From Verrucomicrobiota bacterium (GTDB lineage: Bacteria > Verrucomicrobiota > Verrucomicrobiia > Opitutales > Seribacteraceae), in NCBI GenBank assembly GCA_027622665.1, contig JAQBYT010000002.1, forward strand, positions 324,266-388,265: 64,000 nt of DNA. Reading direction: 5' to 3'. Both the position numbers and the translations under genes were made by a program. Each line of letters opens with the position of its first letter. Positions within the stretch are counted from its first letter, which is position 1. This document shows positions 52,905-63,551 of the stretch, piece by piece. The notes under the pieces are model-generated. The model worked only from the letters and a program-made list of their open reading frames with translations, did no database searches and had not been told where the DNA came from.

Positions 52905-54140
52905 TTACTGCTTCCCCATCAGGCCGTACATGGCGTTGGCGAAGGCGTCGCCGAGGCGGACGAAGAACTTGCCGCTGCCGAGATAGTGGTAGGGGCGGTC
53001 GCTTCCCACCAAGCTCCATAGGGCGAAATTCTTGGCCCAGCCGCCATCGAAGACTTTGCGGGCTTTCAGGTCGTATACCTTGTAGCTTTCAACCGACACC
53101 ACGTTGCCCTTGAACTCGGGTGCCTTGGCCGCTTCGCGCTGGCCCACGGAGACAGCGTTCTTGTCGACGCCTTCCTGGGTCATGTTTGTTCCCAGTACGC
53201 CGATGACGAAAGGCATGTTTGGAGTCTTGTACTCCTTGCGAACGTCTTTGATGAAGTGGATCATGTTTTGTCTGTAATTGTCCCGGAAGGCATCCGAGAA
53301 CTGGTCGTTGTATCCTTGGAACCAGACGAAGCCTGCCATTTCGTGCCCGACCTTGGAGTCATAGGCGGGATGATACTTCTTCAAGTCCTTGAGCACTGCG
53401 TGCACGGCCTCGTTCATCATTCTCCAGTTGAGACTGGCGTTCTTCTTGATCTCCTCGGCCTTGTCCCCAGCCTTTTCCTTTTCATTCAACTCGTAGGGTC
53501 CGGCGGAGGGGGGGCGAAAATTGTAATTAATGGACTTGCCGCCCCAGGAGGTCTTGATGATCAGGATGGGAGCATCCAGCTTTTGGGCCATGGATAGTCC
53601 GAACCCGAACTCCGGGCCTATCTTGTCCTGGTTGCCGCCGTAGCCAACCGAAAGCGGTCCCGAGCGTTTGTTGCCGTCCGCAATGGAGCTGATATACACT
53701 TGGTCCGATACTACGCAGGCTGAAACGACCTGTTTCCTGTAAGCCTCATACGCTTCCTTATGCTGCTTCACCTTTGCCTCCAGCGCTGTTTTCTCGGGCC
53801 CGGCGCTCATCTTCTTGATCTTGTCGTTGGAAATCCCGCCGGTAAGTTCATCGATATTCCTGCCCTCGCTCAGTTGTTCGCCCAGGGATTTCTTTGACAG
53901 GTCGCTCCCCTTCTTGAAAACCAATTGGGTGAGCCTTTTGTCTCCCGCATCGTCCGAGTCATACAGGGTTGCAATGGTATGGGAGTTCGCGTGACCGACC
54001 ATGTTCGATTGGCCGGCAAGAATGAAGATCTGCAGCTTTTTGCCGTCTGCTTTCGCGGCGAAGCCACTTATTGCAAACAGCGGGAGCAGGAAGGTGATGC
54101 AGAACTTGTTCAAAATTGCATTTTTCATGATGAGGGACAT
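52905..54140 (-). CDS. Carbohydrate esterase of the sialate O-acetylesterase (SASA/DUF303) type
   Basis: ILAGQSNMVG, GPEFGFG, WGGKS, WFQGYND, YHY. Confidence 0.8.
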   Translation of the reverse strand: MSLIMKNAILNKFCITFLLPLFAISGFAAKADGKKLQIFILAGQSNMVGHANSHTIATLYDSDDAGDKRLTQLVFKKGSDLSKKSLGEQLSEGRNIDELTGGISNDKIKKMSAGPEKTALEAKVKQHKEAYEAYRKQVVSACVVSDQVYISSIADGNKRSGPLSVGYGGNQDKIGPEFGFGLSMAQKLDAPILIIKTSWGGKSINYNFRPPSAGPYELNEKEKAGDKAEEIKKNASLNWRMMNEAVHAVLKDLKKYHPAYDSKVGHEMAGFVWFQGYNDQFSDAFRDNYRQNMIHFIKDVRKEYKTPNMPFVIGVLGTNMTQEGVDKNAVSVGQREAAKAPEFKGNVVSVESYKVYDLKARKVFDGGWAKNFALWSLVGSDRPYHYLGSGKFFVRLGDAFANAMYGLMGKQ

Positions 54141-54353
54141 TGTCCGGGGGATTTATTGGAGCATAGACTGGTCGCCTTCATGGCGTCCGGAATTGATAAA
54201 AAGAATAAGCGACAGTTGATAATCCACTTCAAGCATTAATCTGTCTACGGCAATTTAATTGTCGACGGGGGAGATGAGCATTCCCTAAATTTTCATCCTA
54301 GTCATTTGTCGCGCCATCGAGGGCGTGCGAAATTGCAAACTACTTCACAAGAT

Positions 54354-57131
54354 ATGATTTCTGCCATGATTCGCATCCTGCTCTGCTCCCTCTTCCTGTT
54401 GATCGGTTGCGCATTGTCTCTGGTTGCGGAGGAGTTACGAGTTTGGAAAGACCGCAATGGCGTGGAAATTCAGGCCATCTTGCTGACAGTGGAAAGTGAC
54501 CAGATTCGTCTGCTGAAGAATGGCAAAGAATATTTTTTCGACGTTTCGTTATTGAGTGACGATGACCAGGCCTATATCCGGGATCGGGCATCCAGTGGCA
54601 CCCGAGCTGTCGAGGGCTTGCTCGCCTTGTATGATTTTGGCTCGAACGAGGGATCCGTCGTGAAGGACGTTTCAGGCGTAGAACCGGCACTCGACTTGCA
54701 AATCGCGAACAACAAGGCTGTAAAGTGGGGAAAGGGATCCCTCGAGGTCCGTGGCCAGACGATGATCAAATCGATCAAGGTGCCGACAAAGATCACCAAG
54801 ACGGTGAAAGGCACGGGTCAGTTGACCGTGGAGGCGTGGATCCAACCGGCTAACCTCAAGCAGGGCGGACCGGCCCGTATACTTACGATTTCAAAGGATA
54901 TCTCCAACCGCAACTTCACCCTCGGTCAGGATGGAAACAAGTACGACCTTCGCTTGCGAACGAGCAACGCAAGCCGCAATGGTCTGCCCTCGCTCGCTTC
55001 GCCGGTGAAGAGCGTGTCCACTGAATTAACTCACCTGACCTATACGCGTGAACCTTCGGGCAAGGCCCGTTTTTACCTTAATGCCAAGCAGGTAGTTGAA
55101 AAAAACATCCCCGGCGACCTCAAGGATTGGGATGGCAATTACCGCTTGGCTTTAGGTAACGAGTTCTCCAACAACCGAGCGTGGCAAGGCAGTTACCATT
55201 TGGTCGCGATTTACGGGCGCGCCTTGTCGTCGCAAGAGGTGAAAAAGAATTTCGAGGCCGGGGCAGGAGCGGACACTGCCGATATGTTGGCGGCCCGCAA
55301 GAGGGAAGAAGAGGGACGCCTTTTCGAAACCAAGGTGGCTCCTTTGCTGGCCAAGCATTGCCTGGAGTGCCACGATACGGGAAATCGAAAGGGGAAGCTG
55401 GATCTTTCGCGTCGGGTTGCCGCTTTTGCGGGCGGATCGGAGGGGCCGCCGATTGTGCCTGGCAAACCGGAGCAGAGCCTGCTTTGGGAAGTCGTGGAGA
55501 GCGACGAGATGCCGAAGAAGCGGGCGGCCTTGTCCGCTGCGGAAAAGAAGGTGTTGCGTGACTGGATCCAGGCAGGGGCTCCCTGGACCTTGGATTACGT
55601 CGATGCGGCCACTTACGTCCATGATTTCCATGGCTCTGGAAACTGGGTCCGCAGACTGACAATTCCCGAATACGTTGCCACGGTCAAGGCGGTCACCGGG
55701 GTGGAGATCGAGGCCGAGGCTCGCCGTTTGTTGCCACCCGACATACGGGCCGATGGTTTCAGCAACACGGCCTACAACCTCAAGGTCGACTTCAAGCACG
55801 TCGAGGCCTTCGCCAAGTTGGCCGAGATCATCGTCAAGCGAATGGACGTCTCTGCCTTCGCCAAACGTTTTCACAACAAGCTGACCCTCGACAAGCAAAC
55901 CCGAACCTTGATGGAGAGAATGGGCAAGTGGGTGTTGCGTGGCCCCTTGGATGAGCGTGAGATTCTCCTCTACCGTGGAATTACTACCACGATGGCCTCC
56001 GGGGGGGGCAATTTCAATGAGGCGGTGGGCAGTGCAATCGAGGCCATGTTGCAGTCTCCCCGGTTCATCTATCGCATGGAGAATGAGCAAACCGATGGAT
56101 CCGTCGAAGAATATGAATTGGCAGTTCGCATGAGCTACCTCTTATGGGGCGGCCCGCCGGACGAGGAACTTTATCGAGCCGCTGAAAAGGGCGAACTTGC
56201 CGACAAGGCCAAGATCGAGGTTCAGGTTCGCCGCATGCTGGACGATCCCCGTGCCATCGAGCAATCCCAGCGCTTTGCCTACGACTGGTTGGATCTGGGC
56301 AGAATGGACAACCTCGCCCCCTCGAGAGACTTGTTTCCGGAATGGAATTCTGCACTTGGGGCCGACATGCGGGCCGAGACCCTCGCTTTCTTCAGAGCGA
56401 TCGTATGGGAAAAGAACCGACCCATGGGCGAATTGCTCAATGCCCAAATCACCTTTCTCACTCCACGCCTAGCCAAGCATTACGGCATGTTGCCCGAGGG
56501 GCGGGAATTCGCCCGATACGATCTAGCCAAGGTTCCGGGGAGGGGAGGCATTCTAACACAAGGAAGCGTACTAACAATGGGTGGTGACCAAGCATCCATG
56601 GTTACGCGCGGACTCTTTGTTTTGCACGAATTGTTGCGTGGGGTGGTGCGGGATCCACCGCCTGGGGTCGACACCACACCTGTCCCAACCAAGCCCGGCT
56701 TGACCCAACGGGGGGTATCGATGGCTCGTTTGGCCAAGGCCTCATGTAGCGGATGCCACGCGAAGTTCGAGCCCTTGGCCTTTGGTCTGGAGAAGTTCGA
56801 CGGACTTGGCGCCTACAGCCAGGCGGACAAGCATGGCAATCGCCTTCGCGAGGATGGAAAAGTCCTTATCCCCGGTCAGTCCTCCCCCGTGGCATACAAG
56901 ACTTCGGCCGAATTGATGAACTTATTGGCAAGCAGTCCGCGGGTACACGAAACCTTTACCTGGAAAGTGGTTCAATTCGCCATGGGTAGACCGCTCGGGG
57001 CAAAGGACGCCCGCAACGTGGCGGAGGTACACATGGCTTCGCAAAAAGCCGGAGGTACCTATCAAAGTCTTGTCACCGCGATCATATTGAGTGATCTTGT
57101 GAGATACAACCAGCCCACGAAAGACCCATGA
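54354..57131 (+). CDS. SHD1 + LamG-like + cytochrome c + DUF1587/1592/1588/1585 protein
   Basis: RVWKD..G...LS..DQAYI (SHD1); TVEAWI..AIY.RALS (LamG); CLECH; RRLT..EY; RGGILTQ; CSGCH. Confidence 0.8.
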   Translation: MISAMIRILLCSLFLLIGCALSLVAEELRVWKDRNGVEIQAILLTVESDQIRLLKNGKEYFFDVSLLSDDDQAYIRDRASSGTRAVEGLLALYDFGSNEGSVVKDVSGVEPALDLQIANNKAVKWGKGSLEVRGQTMIKSIKVPTKITKTVKGTGQLTVEAWIQPANLKQGGPARILTISKDISNRNFTLGQDGNKYDLRLRTSNASRNGLPSLASPVKSVSTELTHLTYTREPSGKARFYLNAKQVVEKNIPGDLKDWDGNYRLALGNEFSNNRAWQGSYHLVAIYGRALSSQEVKKNFEAGAGADTADMLAARKREEEGRLFETKVAPLLAKHCLECHDTGNRKGKLDLSRRVAAFAGGSEGPPIVPGKPEQSLLWEVVESDEMPKKRAALSAAEKKVLRDWIQAGAPWTLDYVDAATYVHDFHGSGNWVRRLTIPEYVATVKAVTGVEIEAEARRLLPPDIRADGFSNTAYNLKVDFKHVEAFAKLAEIIVKRMDVSAFAKRFHNKLTLDKQTRTLMERMGKWVLRGPLDEREILLYRGITTTMASGGGNFNEAVGSAIEAMLQSPRFIYRMENEQTDGSVEEYELAVRMSYLLWGGPPDEELYRAAEKGELADKAKIEVQVRRMLDDPRAIEQSQRFAYDWLDLGRMDNLAPSRDLFPEWNSALGADMRAETLAFFRAIVWEKNRPMGELLNAQITFLTPRLAKHYGMLPEGREFARYDLAKVPGRGGILTQGSVLTMGGDQASMVTRGLFVLHELLRGVVRDPPPGVDTTPVPTKPGLTQRGVSMARLAKASCSGCHAKFEPLAFGLEKFDGLGAYSQADKHGNRLREDGKVLIPGQSSPVAYKTSAELMNLLASSPRVHETFTWKVVQFAMGRPLGAKDARNVAEVHMASQKAGGTYQSLVTAIILSDLVRYNQPTKDP

Positions 57132-58555
57132 GAAGATCCATACGACTCCATCGCCGCACCTTTTTGCGCGGCATCGGGACAATCGGCATCGGGTTGCCGT
57201 TTCTGGAGGAAATGCTTCCTTCCGCTTCTGCGGCGGCCGCGCGCAAGGCGATCCCTGTGCGTGCCTTTAACGTCTTCTTCGGCCTGGGCATTCCAAAACC
57301 AGTCCAAGAGGATGGTTTTGCCGGGGTGATGGAACCCTTGAAGCCTCTCAGCGACAAGTTGCTCATTCTGCGCCAAGTCGACCAAGTGCGTTGCGACAAG
57401 AAAGGCATCAACGCTCATTTTGATGGCGCCACCGGTTCTTTCACTGCCATGCCTGCGGACGGCGAGGCCAAGGCGGGCGGTCCCTCGATTGACCAGATCA
57501 TTCGGCACGACCTTTATCCGCAAGGCCTTCCTGCCGGCATGGTGCCAAGCTTGGTCGCCGGCACCTATTTTCGCCGCAGCAGGGTGGGGCGCTACGTTCA
57601 CAGCTACGGCCTCGACGGTACGGTGTCCGCGACTATGCAGGAGACCCCTCGTCAACTCTTTGACCGTGTCTTCGGATCCATTCCCGGTAACGAGGACCCT
57701 GATGCCCGCCGCGAAAGGCTGAAGCGCAGCGTGCTCGATTCTGTCCTGGACGAATACAAGCACTATTTGGGACCGAATTCTCCCTTGGGGGCAACTTCCA
57801 AGGGACGTATCTCCGACCACTTCGACCGCATACGCGAATACGAGCAACGAGCCTTCGGCGTCCAGCAGGGAGGCAAGGGTGGACCCCGTATGCCGGCCCG
57901 TTCCCTTTTGCCTCACGGTGGCAAGGCCGATCCCGGAGGGGAGGGCATTGACATTACTTTGGAGCAACTCACTGCCGAATGGCGCCTGTTGGCTGACCTC
58001 TATGCCTTTGCCATTCAGACCGACCGGGCTCGTTTCGGGGCCATTACCTTTTTGGCCGCAGGTGAGCGTATCCGACTCAAGGGGACCTACCAGTACGGTG
58101 GTCGCAAAATCTTCGATTTTGACGATGCCGGACAACACCGGGCATCCGGTTCCAAGGGATGCAGTCACGAGTGGTGGCACAAGTTCAACGAGAAGAAAGA
58201 CAACGAGCAACTCAAGGCCCACGCCCACATGAAGATGCGTGAAGTAGCTTATTTCCTGAACTTGCTTGCCGGTCCCGATGCCCGCGAAGCCAACGGCAAG
58301 ACGATTCTGGAAAATAGTTTGTTCACTATATCGACCGAGTCAGGAGACGGTCGGCACAACGACACCAAGCGTGAATTATCCGGCGTCTTTCATGCCATCA
58401 GTTCGGCCGGGGGTCGCTTCAAGACAGGAAGCATCATGGACCTCAATGCGGAGGCCATCGACGTCTACAACACCATGCTCACGAGCATGGGAGCAACGAG
58501 GCGCCTCGGGGACTCCAAGCGGGAAACAAACATGGTGAACCAGATTCGGGCCTGA
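57128..58555 (+). CDS. DUF1552 domain protein
   Basis: RRTFLRG...LPFLE.M; SIDQ; FDRVFG; SVLDSV; ATGA overlap. Confidence 0.85.
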   Translation: MRRSIRLHRRTFLRGIGTIGIGLPFLEEMLPSASAAAARKAIPVRAFNVFFGLGIPKPVQEDGFAGVMEPLKPLSDKLLILRQVDQVRCDKKGINAHFDGATGSFTAMPADGEAKAGGPSIDQIIRHDLYPQGLPAGMVPSLVAGTYFRRSRVGRYVHSYGLDGTVSATMQETPRQLFDRVFGSIPGNEDPDARRERLKRSVLDSVLDEYKHYLGPNSPLGATSKGRISDHFDRIREYEQRAFGVQQGGKGGPRMPARSLLPHGGKADPGGEGIDITLEQLTAEWRLLADLYAFAIQTDRARFGAITFLAAGERIRLKGTYQYGGRKIFDFDDAGQHRASGSKGCSHEWWHKFNEKKDNEQLKAHAHMKMREVAYFLNLLAGPDAREANGKTILENSLFTISTESGDGRHNDTKRELSGVFHAISSAGGRFKTGSIMDLNAEAIDVYNTMLTSMGATRRLGDSKRETNMVNQIRA

Positions 58556-58668
58556 TGAGGTTCCCGTCAACCTTTTGCAGATCGAACTCATCTTCTGGAA
58601 GTCGTGACCAAGGACATCTCCGTGAGTTGATGGTCACCTTTAAGCTTATAAGCAGCTAGCTCCACTTT

Positions 58669-60213
58669 TTGATGAAATCCCCGACTGGCTTCATCGTCTT
58701 TCCTTTTATTGCTCTCACTTCATGGTCCGCGGACTGGCACCAAGGATCCGGTCCGACCGGCAATTTCCAAGTGGCGGAGGATGCTCCCCTCGCGTGGAGT
58801 GTTGCTTTAGACCATAATGTTTCCTGGAAATTGGCATTGCCGGAAACGGGACAGAGCACGCCGGTCATCGCTAAAGGGAAATTGTTTTTCACTACCTTTA
58901 CGCCCGTTGAAATGGATTCCACTCTAGGCAAGGACATCCAAGCGTGGTGCTGTGATGCCTCTACTGGCAACGTCGACTGGAAGCGAGAGATTCCCGGAAC
59001 GCATCCTCTCCGCCTTTCGGGATGCTTCAGCGACAGTTCGGCCCCCCCTGCGGTTTGCGATGGAAAGCGAGTGGTTTTCCTTAACGCTTCGGGAGCGATT
59101 ACCTGCTTTGACCTCGATGGCAAAAAGAACTGGTCCCAGCCCTTTTTGAGTGTGGGTCGTTCGTTGCCTTTTCTGTATGAGAGCAGGTACGTTTATACGC
59201 GACAAATTTATCCTCCGGAGCCTAGTGGAAACTTTCCCCACAAGTATGCGGATTCTCCCAAGGATATGTGGACGCAATTACAGGCTTTGGACATGAAGAC
59301 CGGTGAAATCGCCTGGACCTCCGAGTGCGGAGTAAACATGGGCATTTCGACTCTTCCCCAGATACGAGCAGATGGTCGTGGGGTCGCCGTCGTCGGGCGG
59401 GGTGGGGGACATGGTCCGCCGGAAAGGCCTTTCGGGATTTCCATGGTCGACCTCAAAGACGGCAAGACCCTTTGGACTTTACCGATTGAGGGATTCATGG
59501 CCACGATGAGTTATCGACTGCACAGGGGACGCGTCCATATTTTCCATGGAGGTGAGCATTTGTCCGTGGATGAAATGACAGGCGAGGTCGTGAAACGCGT
59601 TTCCATTGTAGGTGAGGTGTCGGTTTGCCGAATGAAGGACGGTCTTCGCCATGTGCGAAAGGAAAGCCTGGGGGCCTCAAAAAAGAATCGGATGATTACC
59701 CAAGGTTCCAACCTTTTGGCGGGGCGTCACCATTACTTCCGTAGTTACGTGCGACCGTGGTTAGGGCGAGTCGACGTTGAGTCGGGAGCAGTGGAGTACC
59801 TAGAACTCCCGCTACAAGTTTCCCGAGTTCAGGGCAAGGCCGATGAATTTCAATGGTTCTTGACGCCGATGGGGAAGAAAGGTCCGGCCATGAAAGATCA
59901 ATCGATTGCCTCTAACGACATGAAGAATTCTCGCGGTTTCAAGGTGGTGGGGGACAAGCGTTCCCACGGAAATGGTTGGGGGCATGTGGCTTCTCCTACG
60001 CCATCGGTGGCCGGAGACCATCTCTATGTGCCGGTGATGAACGGTACAGTCTATGTGATTGCATTGAATTCCTCCAAACTGGATGAGGACGCGATTGTCG
60101 CGATCAATGACCTCGGCCCCGCCGGGCGGTCTTGGACACGGGCCAGTATTTCCTTTGCCAATGGGCGAGCTTTTGCTCACACCATCCGAGAACTGATCTG
60201 CATCGGCGAGTAG
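58669..60213 (+). CDS. PQQ-like beta-propeller secreted protein
   Basis: ADW..GP.GN, GQSTPV, DLDGK..W repeats. Confidence 0.75.
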   Translation: MMKSPTGFIVFPFIALTSWSADWHQGSGPTGNFQVAEDAPLAWSVALDHNVSWKLALPETGQSTPVIAKGKLFFTTFTPVEMDSTLGKDIQAWCCDASTGNVDWKREIPGTHPLRLSGCFSDSSAPPAVCDGKRVVFLNASGAITCFDLDGKKNWSQPFLSVGRSLPFLYESRYVYTRQIYPPEPSGNFPHKYADSPKDMWTQLQALDMKTGEIAWTSECGVNMGISTLPQIRADGRGVAVVGRGGGHGPPERPFGISMVDLKDGKTLWTLPIEGFMATMSYRLHRGRVHIFHGGEHLSVDEMTGEVVKRVSIVGEVSVCRMKDGLRHVRKESLGASKKNRMITQGSNLLAGRHHYFRSYVRPWLGRVDVESGAVEYLELPLQVSRVQGKADEFQWFLTPMGKKGPAMKDQSIASNDMKNSRGFKVVGDKRSHGNGWGHVASPTPSVAGDHLYVPVMNGTVYVIALNSSKLDEDAIVAINDLGPAGRSWTRASISFANGRAFAHTIRELICIGE

Positions 60214-60239
60214 GTCTATCTCACCAAAACTTCAATCCA

Positions 60240-61139
60240 ATGAATATCAAACGTTCCCTCTTTCTCCGAATAGTTTCCATGTCCGTATTGTCGGCTTTCC
60301 TGTTCGGGAGTTGCCTGCTTGCTGCCAAGCCCGAGGGCAATCTGGAAGTCTTGAGCTACAACGTCTGGTACGGGTTCACCAAGAAACCCGAGCGCAAGGC
60401 GGGCTACCTGGATTTCGTTAAGGAGCGGAAACCCGATGTGGTTTCCTTGCAGGAGTTGAACGGTTACACGCCTGAACAGCTTGCTTCCGACGCCAAGTCA
60501 TGGGGGCATGAACACAGCGTCCTGCTGAAGGAAAAGGGATTTCCGACCGGCATCACTTCCAGTCAACCCATCACTGAAGTCCGCCGAACGTTCGAGGGGT
60601 TTCATCACGGACTTATAAGGTGTCGCACACATGGCATTTATTTTTACGTCATGCACCTTCATCCCGGTCACTGGGAGATTCGGTTGAAGGAGGTCGATCT
60701 GTTGCTTAAGGACCTCGCCACTTTACCCAAGGATGCCAAAGTTCTCATGGTGGGCGATTTCAATACGTTTTCCCCTCGGGACAAGAAAGTCTACGATTCG
60801 AGCGAGGACATGGTGCCTTTCTTCCGTCGCTTGGACAAGCGATGGAAAAGTAACCGAAACCTCCGTAACGACGAATTGGACTACCGTCACCTTCAGCGTC
60901 TCGAGGATGCGGGCTTGACGGATCTCGTTGCAGCCAAGCGGGAGCGCTTCCTCGGCACTTTCCCGACAAAGATTCGCCCGGATGAGGATATGGGGCCTCC
61001 GCGGCGATTGGACTACCTTTTCGCTAGTCCCAACCTAGCCAAAGCTTGTCGTTCAGCCTCTTGTATCGTTACGGAGCGCACAAGTATTCTTTCCGACCAT
61101 TATCCTGTCGGCGCCAAATTTGTGTTTCCCGTGCAGTAA
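60240..61139 (+). CDS. Endonuclease/exonuclease/phosphatase family protein (secreted)
   Basis: SYNV, LQE, GDFN, RLDY, SDHYPV. Confidence 0.88.
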   Translation: MNIKRSLFLRIVSMSVLSAFLFGSCLLAAKPEGNLEVLSYNVWYGFTKKPERKAGYLDFVKERKPDVVSLQELNGYTPEQLASDAKSWGHEHSVLLKEKGFPTGITSSQPITEVRRTFEGFHHGLIRCRTHGIYFYVMHLHPGHWEIRLKEVDLLLKDLATLPKDAKVLMVGDFNTFSPRDKKVYDSSEDMVPFFRRLDKRWKSNRNLRNDELDYRHLQRLEDAGLTDLVAAKRERFLGTFPTKIRPDEDMGPPRRLDYLFASPNLAKACRSASCIVTERTSILSDHYPVGAKFVFPVQ

Positions 61140-61166
61140 GGAATTGGCGCTCCTCGTTCCGCAATC

Positions 61167-62108
61167 CTATTTCCAGGTGTTGTCGGCGAGAGGTTTGCCG
61201 TTGGTGGTGAGGATTTGGAAGTGATGGAAGCCCGCCTTCATCCCCGAGTAGCGCCAGACTACCTTTTTGTCGCGAGTTACCTCGAAGAGCTTAACGCTGT
61301 CGCCCTTTGCGTGATAGCTGGTGATCACGGTATTGCCGTTAGGGAGGCGTTGTACTCCACAGGCATCGTCGAAGAGTTTTTCGCCGATGTCCTCGTTGGT
61401 CACGCTCCAGACGATTTTCCCTGCACCGTCGACCTCGATGATGCGATTCCCGTTGGTGCAACCGATTAAGGTGTTGCCATTCTTTAGGCGTATGGCGGTG
61501 AAAGGCCAGTCGCGCTTGCCGCGACCGCGATCATCGGTGGGGAAGGTTTTCAGGACTTTGCCCGTCTTCGGGTCGTACTCCTTTACGGCGAAGTCCAAGA
61601 GGTGAGGGGCGATGTAGTTTCCATTGGGCAGAACGCGGAGCATGCGGGTCTGCATGTGGGCATTCTGTTTTTGGCAGGCGAGGGGAGTGTTACGTAGGAT
61701 TTCTCCCTTGCGGTTGATTACTACTGCTCGCGGTTCGGGACCGAGTTCAGAGACGAGAAACTTGTCGTCATCAAGAGGTACGACGGTGCTGACTTCCTTT
61801 TGTCCTCCCTTGTACTGGAAGAGGAACTTCTTGGTTTTGCGGTCGATCTCGACCACTCCGCCATTGGGAAAACCCTTGGTGCCGTAGAGGGCGAGCAATA
61901 CGTTGCCGTTTGGTAGAACCCAACCATCGCTGGCGGGTAGGTCGATCCGCCATTCTACCTTGCCGTCCTCACCGACGATTACTGTCTTGTTGGCTTTGCC
62001 CACGCCGATGAAGGAATGGCGAATTTCTTCAGCACTGGTTGATGCCGCGGTGACCGCTAGCAGAATGATGGATGCGAGAAGGGGGAATGAGAAATGGTGA
62101 AGTTTCAT
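61167..62108 (-). CDS. Secreted beta-propeller protein
   Basis: Signal peptide; repeated LPNGN / LKNGNTLI units. Confidence 0.7.
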   Translation of the reverse strand: MKLHHFSFPLLASIILLAVTAASTSAEEIRHSFIGVGKANKTVIVGEDGKVEWRIDLPASDGWVLPNGNVLLALYGTKGFPNGGVVEIDRKTKKFLFQYKGGQKEVSTVVPLDDDKFLVSELGPEPRAVVINRKGEILRNTPLACQKQNAHMQTRMLRVLPNGNYIAPHLLDFAVKEYDPKTGKVLKTFPTDDRGRGKRDWPFTAIRLKNGNTLIGCTNGNRIIEVDGAGKIVWSVTNEDIGEKLFDDACGVQRLPNGNTVITSYHAKGDSVKLFEVTRDKKVVWRYSGMKAGFHHFQILTTNGKPLADNTWK

Positions 62109-62341
62109 AGAGGAGTTGTGTGGATTTGGATAAAGGATGACAAGAATCCGAGTCTCTTTCTTTTTTGCGAACCTTAAATGGTAGCGGTTGGCTTTTCCCT
62201 TGCATGCGCTTCCCGTATGATGGACTCGATTACTTATAAATTTTCAATGTACTATGTTCACTGTGAATTGTTCGTAATCGATGGCGGTCGATTCTTTTGG
62301 TTTGATGAATTTGTGAAGGCGGAGCAAATTGACATTTGAGT

Positions 62342-63499
62342 ATGCGATGTCTTCCATTGGTATTGTTTTGTCTGATTCCGGCAGCTAATGCCGAGAAGGC
62401 GAATCAGTTCGGCGAAGTAGCTTGGGCTTTCGAGACGGGTTCTCCCGTGCGTTCCTCACCGTCGATCGGAGGAGCCGGAACAGTTTTTGTTGGATCCGTA
62501 GACAAGAAGGTCTATGTCTTGAATGGGGCAACGGGAGAAAAAAAAGTGGGAGTTCGTTACCGGGGGCGAAGTTCTGTCGTCTCCATCGATCGGGAGTGAT
62601 GGCACAGTTTACGTGGGTTCGGTGGACAAGAAAGTCTATGCCCTGGGTGGAGAATCGGGAATCAAGAAGTGGGAATTCTTAACTGGAGACAAAGTCTATT
62701 CATCTCCTACGATCGGAAAGGACTGCAGCGTGATTGTCGGTTCTTCGGATGATCATCTTTACGCATTAGACGGAAGGACGGGAGAGAAAAAATGGGCTCT
62801 TAAAACAGGGGACGTAGGTTCTTCTCCGAGCATCGGTCTGGACGGTACTGTATACGTCGGATCTCTCGATACGAAGCTTTATGCCTTAGACGGGAAAACG
62901 GGGAAGAAGAAATGGGACTTCAAGACGCAGGGCCGAATCGGTTCCTCTCCCGCTATCGGTTTGGATGGTACCATTTACTTCGGATCCGTGGATGACAAAG
63001 TATATGCTCTGAACGGTGAGACCGGAGAAAAAAAGTGGGAATTCAAAACGGGTGGAAACGTGGAAGGTTCTCCTGTCGTTGGACCGGGTAACGTCGTCTA
63101 CTTCGGGTCGGAGGACAAAAAGGTGTATGCTCTCGATGGTCGGACCGGCGATAAATTTGGCAGTTCGAGACGAAGGGCAAGGTGCGATCTACTCCCGCGA
63201 TTGGGCTGGACGGCGTAGTTTACGTAGGATCGGAGGATAAGAACTTTTATGCCTTGGACGGGCAGACGGGCGAAAAGAAATGGTCCATTGGCATGGGCGG
63301 CAAGATAGAGTCGTCTCCTGCCATCGGTTCCGATGGAACGATTTACGTGGGTTGTTGGGACAAGAAGTTATATGCCATAGCCAGTAGTTCCCGTGGAACG
63401 TCGGAGAGCTCTTGGCCGCAGTTTCGCCAAGGTTCGCGAAGGGCCGGGTTTGTAGATCTTTCCCGCATTAAGTATCCCTACCTTCACATCGGTGATTAA
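62342..63499 (+). pseudogene. PQQ-like repeat beta-propeller (about 40-aa repeats) with two frameshifts
   Basis: SSP.IG.DGTVYVGS.D.K.YALDG.TG.KKW repeats spread over three frames; extra A in the A8 run at 62538-62545 and a missing base near 63153-63158. Confidence 0.8.
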
Positions 63500-63551
63500 A
63501 TAGGGGTTGCGCGTTCGTTGACTGGCTCTCTCGGGATGCCGGGGCGTTGCG

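Noticed and set aside
57062..58228. Long antisense ORFs (e.g. 388 aa here; also 6247-7095, 36569-37480, 55152-56090)
   Set aside because: These are shadow frames opposite well-supported genes in GC-rich DNA and show no recognisable motifs.
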